A stretch of DNA of 64,000 nt, from the NCBI GenBank assembly GCA_000165345.1, contig CM000432.1, positions 992,001 through 1,056,000 of the forward strand, read 5' to 3'. Numbering within the stretch: the stretch's first letter is position 1; each line of letters begins with the position of its first letter. The notes beneath the pieces were generated by a model. That model was not told the origin of the DNA and ran no database searches. It saw nothing but the letters and a program-made list of their open reading frames with translations. This document shows, in pieces, positions 57,514 through 64,000 of this stretch. The position numbers and the translations under genes were made by a program.

Positions 57514-57860
57514 AAACACATACCGGTGTATGGTACCGAAAAAAAATAATAATTGAGGGGAAATAAGATATGTAAATTGTGAATAAAAGTATATATTAAA
57601 AATAAGTTTAGGTATAGGAAAAAAGAGGAATCAATCAGAGAAAAAAAATTATTTAAATAAAAATTTAAATAATTGAACAAGAGTGAAGAATTGTAAGTGC
57701 TGGGAGTTACATCCGGATTATCAATTTACTCATTCTTTTCTTTAAATATTGCAAAAAAAGAAAAAGGGAGAGCCAAAAATATCAGTCTTTGAAAGTCTTT
57801 TTCATATAAAATTCTTTTGATTTTATTTTTGTGTATGTGTATTTGCAACTTTTAATTGAA

Positions 57861-60122
57861 ATGAACGATAGAAGATACTTTCAAGGCTCTAAGAGAGGAG
57901 AGCTGCACGAATTAAAGGAGGAATTACACTCATCAAGTAAGGAAAAAAAGAAAGAAGCAGTGAAAAAAGTTATTGCAGCAATGACAGTAGGGAAAGATGT
58001 TTCTTCCCTTTTTCCAGATGTTTTAAATTGTATGCAAACTGGTTGTATTGAACTAAAGAAATTAGTATATCTATATATAATAAACTATGCTAAGGTACAG
58101 CCAGAGTTGGCTATTTTAGCTGTAAATACCTTTTTCAAAGATTCTATGGATTCAAATCCTTTAATTAGAGCATTGGCTATTCGAACCATGGGGTATATTA
58201 GACTTGAACAAATTACAGAGTATTTAGTTGAGCCTTTAAGAAGATCATGTAGTGATCCTGATCCATACGTTAGAAAAACTGCAGCAATTTGTATTGCAAA
58301 GTTATATGATATTTCTCCTACTTTAATGGAAGAACAGGGATTCTTTTCCTTGTTGAAGGATATGCTCAAGGATCAAAGTGCAATGGTTGTAGCTAATACT
58401 GTTGCAAGCTTATTAGAAATTTATGAAACTAGTATAAGTAAGGGTCATCAACTTGAATCTTTACAATCTATAAAAGACGATAAACAAGACCAAGGAATGA
58501 CTGAAGATCAGAAATTCTACAAATTGACTTTTAATGAGGTAGAAAAACACCAAATCCTACAAGCCTTGAATGAATGTACAGAATGGGGGCAGATTTATAT
58601 ACTAAATGTAGTAGCAGAGTGGAAGGTATCAACTGAAAAAGAAAGTGAACAAATCATCGATAGATTAACTTCTAGACTATCTCATGCAAATCCTGCAGTA
58701 GTTCTTTCAACTGTTAGAGCTGTTTTGAATCTACTGAAAAATTTGGAAAATGATGATTATATTACAGGTACCCTACGTAAATTAAGACCACCGATTGTTA
58801 CATTACTTACAACTTCACCTCCTGAAGTACAATATGTTGTTTTGAGGAATGTTCAGTTAATTGTACAATCATATCCTGCCTTTTTTGAAACAGAAATGAA
58901 GCTTTTCTATTGTAAATATAATGATCCTGCCTATATTAAGATTGAAAAGCTTAATTTATTATATAGAATGGCATCTATTGATACTGCAAATAATTTATTA
59001 AAAGAACTAAAAGAGTATAGTACCGATACGAATATAGAATTCTCAAGAAATTCTATTAAAATTATTGCATTAATATCTATAAAATTCAAAGAAACTGCCT
59101 CTAATTGTTTTCAAATCCTAGCAGAACTTATCACAAATTCTCATCAGGACCATATAATTCAAGAAGGAATTATCTCTTTAAGAGATATTTTGAGATCCTA
59201 TCCACAATTATCGTCAAATGTAATTCCCATACTAATGGAAGTATCAGAATCTATTGTTGAGCCTGAATCAAGATCTGCTTTTGTTTGGATTATTGGAGAA
59301 GTTTATGAGTTTGTTCAAGTAACAAAACCAAGTACAAAAAATGAAACTTTGAATGATTTTCTCCGTTATTTTGTTGATATATTTATTGAAGAATCAGTCT
59401 CCGTTCAACTTCAGATACTTACAACCATAGTAAAATGCTTTCTTAAAGCTCCAATTCATAATCAACAACTTGTTACTGATATTTTTAGACTTGCAACTAC
59501 TAATGCAGAAAATCCTGATGTTAGAGACAGAGCCTTGATATACTGGAGACTTCTCTCAACCAATCCTGAGGAAACTAGAAAAGTTGTTCTTTCTCAAAAG
59601 ACTGTATTATCTTCAAAAAGCTTTGATATTGAACCAAAACTTCTTGAAAAGCTTATGGGAGATCTTGGAATGATTTCCTCAGTATATCATAAACCTCCAA
59701 GTTGTTTTATTGATATTAGTAAGAATAATATAGTTCAAAATCAACTTCAAGCTTCTTCTGAATCTCAAAATCATTCAGCTTTAATTTCATCATCAGATTC
59801 CAATATCGATACACTTCCTTATAATATTGATTCTGGTTTTTCTGTTAGTTACTCAAATACTAACGAGCTAATAAATATTGATGATCTTATTTCTTATTCT
59901 ACTCCTGTATCAAATATTAACAGTAACAAAATATCAAGTTCTCAAGATATGAATTCGTCAAATCAAGTTCAAAGTTCTGAGCTTTTAGATTTTGGTCTCC
60001 CTGCTTCTAATATAAGCTTATTCAAAAGTAATACTCAGGGAGACAATAATCAAACAGGAGATGTGAACTCACAGCCATCTGGTAGCAATGTTGTTACATC
60101 TGTTGATCTGTTATCTCTCTAA
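57861..60122 (+). CDS. Adaptor protein complex beta subunit (beta-adaptin, AP-1/AP-2 type)
   Basis: [60 protein letters not shown]...[14 protein letters not shown]...[16 protein letters not shown]...[15 protein letters not shown] is near-collinear with metazoan AP2B1 (MTDSKYFTTNKKGEIFELKAELN...[32 protein letters not shown]...). The track's 57831 is GTG; the ATG is at 57861. A C-terminal low-complexity hinge replaces a recognisable appendage domain. Confidence 0.9.
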   Translation: [753 protein letters not shown]

Positions 60123-60423
60123 AAAGTAATAACTTTATAAACTTCAAGTTATATCTAACTAGAATATCATTAAAGTACAACATTTAAAATAGTCAATAGA
60201 AAAAAAAAGTTAAGGAGGTTTGATAATTTTCTTTTATATAATCCCAATGTCTTTTGATTAAAATTTGTGTATTTTTTTATAATAAAATACAAATTCACTT
60301 TTGTATTACTCCAATTTGAGCAATAATTCTTAATTTGAAGTGTTTGATATTAAGTTAAAATAAAAAAGGATTAGCAATAAATCTTTGGATTACTTTCTTG
60401 ACAAAATTGTAGAAATCCTTATA

Positions 60424-61390
60424 TTACTTCTCCTTATTACTTGTATTATTTGCATTTTCAAAATTATTATTATTATTATCTAAACCAATAGAAGACATAA
60501 AATCTCTCACATCATCTATTGTTATGGTATTTTTATTTTGGTCATCACTCATTCTGCTTCTTAAAAATGATATAAACTTATCAGCAAATTCTCTATAACC
60601 TTGAGCTAAATGTATCTTCTTTTCATGAGGTAATGAATTAAATATATTTGCAAAACCATTAATTCCGTTTGCTCCTGATTCACCAGATTCACTCTCATCT
60701 GAGCCACTAAATCCAAAAATATCTCCTTCGAGTATTTCCTGAATAGTAATTGTTTTGTCATCTTCAGAATCTTCTATTGTATCTTCGTTTACATTGTCCA
60801 AGATTTCATCGCTTTCTTTAATATTTTCAATCTCATCCTTATTCTTGCAATATCTCAAAGAAATTCCATTATAATTTAAATGGGTTATTCTTTCTTTACT
60901 TTCAAAAACTACTCTAGTATTATCTGACTTAAATTCATCTCTTTCTTCATATTTGAGCTGTTAAATTAAAAGAAGTTAATTTGTTTGTTTTAATTGGATT
61001 TAATTAAAAGATTCTTTTGAAAGTACAAATCAAGCCTTATCTTTCTAATCAAACCAAAGACTTGACTTGAATTGACTTATCAAATATATTAACTTAACTT
61101 ACCATATAAACTCTTCTACCTTTTGAATCCCTTTCCTCATTTTCTGTCATTAATATTCTCCCTGGCCACCACACAATTTCCTCTTTTTCTAATAATTCTT
61201 TAGAATTATCATGATCACAAAATTCGGTACCTATTATCCACTTTAAAAGTGATATTTAAATACAGAATTTTAATGTTTTAGGAAAAAAAATTGGTTAACT
61301 TACTCTTACAAAGATTGTTTGGCCAATATTTATTCCATAGGAAGCCTTTAAGATTGCAATATCACAAAAATCTCTAATTTGATTACTCAT
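60424..61390 (-). CDS. Small acidic protein with a putative PWWP/Tudor-like barrel motif, 3 exons
   Basis: Minus-strand exons are 61390-61304, 61240-61103 and 60957-60424. The introns are 61241-61303 (63 nt, GTAAGT..AAAG) and 60958-61102 (145 nt, GTAAGT..ACAG). The product is in frame at 252 aa: MSNQIRDFCDIAILKASYGINIGQTIFVR|WIIGTEFCDHDNSKELLEKEEIVWWPGRILMTENEERDSKGRRVYM|LKYEERDEF...RYCKNKDEIE.... Exon 3 is the 60424-60858 ORF of the track. The WWPGRI...VYMLKYE motif resembles the PWWP aromatic-cage core. Confidence 0.5.
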
Positions 61391-62022
61391 TATAGCATTA
61401 ATTAATGAAAAAGATATAGGTTCATACTATACTTGCTATTAATACAAACGCTTGGATTAAGCAATATATTCAAACAAATAATAGAATATTACGTATTTTG
61501 ACCTCTTGTTATCTTTTCTTAATTAAATATTCGAAAGATTTTACTAAAATAAGAAAGTTCACTTTTTTTTGAGTTACTTTTTATTATTTTTTAATAAATT
61601 ATTAATTAGTCCTTAATTTTCCCTCATTTACCTATTTACCGGAATTTTCTATTCCAGAATTTAATATACTAAGACGTTATAAAACTTTATTTAGAAAAAG
61701 TTTTGTGGGAATTCAAATCCAATCCGTATATAATAAAAATAAAAATTGCTAGTATTCTCAATATCTTCCATTTTTAATTGTTTCCAGGAAAATACTGTAA
61801 CATGTGAGTTTATTTATAGCTATATTTTGATTAATTTAAATATATCTATACGTAGATACACTAATGTTTAAAGTTAGAGTTATCAATATTGATATTTACT
61901 TAATTTAGAAAATCAGAAAGAATTTTTATCTGCTCCTTTTTGAAATTTAAAGTTTTTTAAATCTCCTACTTCCCCTCGATTAAATCTTTAATTTTGCATT
62001 AATATTATTGGGTACCCTCCAT

Positions 62023-62035
62023 TTAGGCGCCAAAT
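62023..62035. promoter_or_regulatory. E2F-like box TTAGGCGCCAAAT in the divergent promoter between the PWWP-like gene and the RING-finger gene
   Basis: ccatttaggcgccaaatgattt. Confidence 0.5.
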
Positions 62036-62236
62036 GATTTATCTAATATAATTAATGGCCGAGTTGGAAAAAAAAATAAAAAGATTTAAGGAATACAAAG
62101 AAAAAATAATAAAAAGCAAATAGAGAATAAGATTTATTAAAAGGGTTGAAATTGGTGGATTTAGATTACTGAGGGAATTGGTATAGATTTGATAGGTTTA
62201 GAGTAAAGAGCAGAGTAAAAGAAAAGAAGAAATTAA

Positions 62237-63622
62237 ATGGAGTCTAATTTATATGTTTCTAGACAGAGAGGAGATGAGACAAATCATATATTAGTTAGAG
62301 AATATCAAACATGCCTATCTGGTTATCCTGATACGAGACAACATGGAAGTTTTGAGAATTTATCAAGACCATATACTCCATTGAGGGATATAACAGGCAG
62401 TATATTTGGAGGATTAGTACGTGAATCAAGAGTAAGATCAGTGAATGAATCTAACGATTTTAATAGAATTAGGAACTCTATGGTAGAAAGATTAAATAGA
62501 GAGAGTATAAGAGGTCCAGAAAGTCGGTTTTTTGGGTTTGACTCAAATAATAGAAATACGTCCTATTATAATAGTCATGAAAATGACATAAGGGCATTTA
62601 ATAGGTCAATGTCTATGAGCAGTCCAAATTTAGATATTGGCTTTGCTTCATTATCTAGAAATAGTTCTAATGAAGCAATTGAGAATAATAGTAGCTTTTT
62701 GAATAGAAGTAGAAGTTTTGCTGATAGAATTATGGAGCAGTTTGATATTGTAGAAAGGGAACATAATCAATTAGCTGAAAGAATTCATAGAAGTCAATCA
62801 ATTTATGAGCAGATTCAGAGGAATGGAGCTGAAATTGATCAACTTTTTGATAATTTATCATATAGAATGCAAAGAAGACATACTCAAAGAGAAAATTCTA
62901 CTGGTAATAATTTTCAATCTAGAAATACAAGATATGGTGGGTCTGTAATAGATTGTAGTAGAAATGGCCACATTAATCATAGATTTAGTAACAGACCAAG
63001 ATTCGTATCTATGCAAGATGTCCATAATCATTTTCGTGATAATCTATTGGCTACTGAAGAACATGAAGAAGAGGAAGATTATGATGATCAAGATAATGAT
63101 GTCATTGAAATTATTCAGGTTGATGATGATGAAATTTCCGATATTATATCCAGAAGAAATGCAGATATTAGAAATAGATCACTAATTATTACTCAAGAGG
63201 AAATCATTATGGAAGAAAGTAATGATCCTGAAGATTCTGAGGATGAACATGAACAAAATCATGGCCAAGAATATGATCAATATCATGAAGATGAAGAAAT
63301 GCATAATGATGGTAATATAACAAGAGTATTAAATAGGCTTAGAGATAGAATTTCTCAAAATCAAGAAGAAGATGTTTCTGGGGTGCCTATCAATATTCAA
63401 AATGCATTACCAGTATCAAAATTTGATTTATCAAGATCTCAGAATTTGGATGATGATAAGAAAATGTGTTTAATTTGTTTGGATGAGTTTAAGGACCAGC
63501 AAGAAATTCTATGGCTTCCATGTACTCATTGTTTCTGCAGAAATTGTATTACTTCTTGGTTTGAAAGAGGAACAGTATGTCCTATTTGCAAGGATGATTT
63601 ATTGGCTCATTTTAATTATTAG
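62237..63622 (+). CDS. RING-finger (C3HC4/RING-H2-like) E3 ubiquitin ligase-type protein with acidic central region
   Basis: The C-terminal motif is CLICLDEFKDQQEILWLPCTHCFCRNCITSWFERGTVCPICKDDL, with 8 Cys/His ligands at RING spacing. The central segment is D/E-rich. Confidence 0.8.
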   Translation: MESNLYVSRQRGDETNHILVREYQTCLSGYPDTRQHGSFENLSRPYTPLRDITGSIFGGLVRESRVRSVNESNDFNRIRNSMVERLNRESIRGPESRFFGFDSNNRNTSYYNSHENDIRAFNRSMSMSSPNLDIGFASLSRNSSNEAIENNSSFLNRSRSFADRIMEQFDIVEREHNQLAERIHRSQSIYEQIQRNGAEIDQLFDNLSYRMQRRHTQRENSTGNNFQSRNTRYGGSVIDCSRNGHINHRFSNRPRFVSMQDVHNHFRDNLLATEEHEEEEDYDDQDNDVIEIIQVDDDEISDIISRRNADIRNRSLIITQEEIIMEESNDPEDSEDEHEQNHGQEYDQYHEDEEMHNDGNITRVLNRLRDRISQNQEEDVSGVPINIQNALPVSKFDLSRSQNLDDDKKMCLICLDEFKDQQEILWLPCTHCFCRNCITSWFERGTVCPICKDDLLAHFNY

Positions 63623-63780
63623 ATCAAAGCAAAAAAAAAAGAGAGAAATAGAATAAGTTAGATATATAATTAATTCGATTAGGTTAAACTAATTAGATAA
63701 GTGTAATTTATTTTAATTAATTATTCAATTCATTCTTTTGTTAGTATTTTCTTTTAAATTAGGGAATCATCAAGCCTTTA

Positions 63781-63999
63781 CTCAAAACCTTTAATTTTGA
63801 AAGGTATATTCTTCACAAGAAAGTTCTTCAAAGTCAAAGCATCAATTAAGAGCGATATCCAAATATCTGAACCAAATATATTTATAGTCTCATAATAAAT
63901 TTCTTTGTTTTGCTCGAATTTACTACAATTCGGAGAAATTAAAGCTCCTTTAAATGTTTGAATAATTCTTGATGATACTAACTTCCGAATAATAATCTT
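63781..63999 (-). CDS. C-terminal fragment (73 codons) of a gene continuing beyond the window end
   Basis: The minus-strand frame is open from the window edge to TAA (reverse complement of 63778-63780): ...KIIIRKLVSSRIIQTFKGALISPNCSKFEQNKEIYYETINIFGSDIWISLLIDALTLKNFLVKNIPFKIKGFE*. It is convergent with the RING gene. No homology is recognised. Confidence 0.3.
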
Positions 64000-64000
64000 A

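Overview
The window is AT-rich (about 70% A+T), gene-dense eukaryotic nuclear DNA. I infer a Cryptosporidium-type apicomplexan chromosome from several traits together: long, mostly intronless ORFs on both strands, AT-rich intergenic regions of 0.3-1.4 kb, a palindromic E2F-like GGCGCC box in almost every 5' intergenic region, an insulinase-like (M16) paralogue without the zinc site, N/S/Q-rich low-complexity tails, and a few genes with short GT-AG introns. I find no rRNA, tRNA, CRISPR, operon-like or transposon-like features. About 26 protein-coding genes can be supported. Named calls are Rab GDI, coatomer epsilon, ITPase/HAM1, EMC2, a DEAH-box helicase, AP beta-adaptin, a GCP4-like gamma-tubulin complex protein, a maspardin-like hydrolase, a metacaspase, an M14 carboxypeptidase, a Sec14/CRAL-TRIO protein, a Sel1-repeat membrane protein, a B-box/coiled-coil protein, a RING finger protein and an MFS transporter. 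Five genes contain small GT-AG introns that the six-frame track splits or misses: ITPase (7 exons), GCP4 (3 exons), an N-acylated armadillo-repeat gene (3 exons), a small PWWP-like gene (3 exons) and coatomer epsilon (a 5' micro-exon). The ORF track also uses non-ATG starts (TTG/GTG), so several N-termini are corrected here to the first ATG that fits homologues. Two stretches are draft quality with N bases (about 20.64-21.25 kb and 29.76-32.80 kb), and these produce artefactual frameshifts in the maspardin-like and carboxypeptidase genes. I see no novel multi-gene system of the prokaryotic kind. The most interesting signals are the regulatory architecture, with shared palindromic E2F boxes at seven head-to-head gene pairs, the unannotated intron-containing genes, and several parasite-specific or degenerate proteins.
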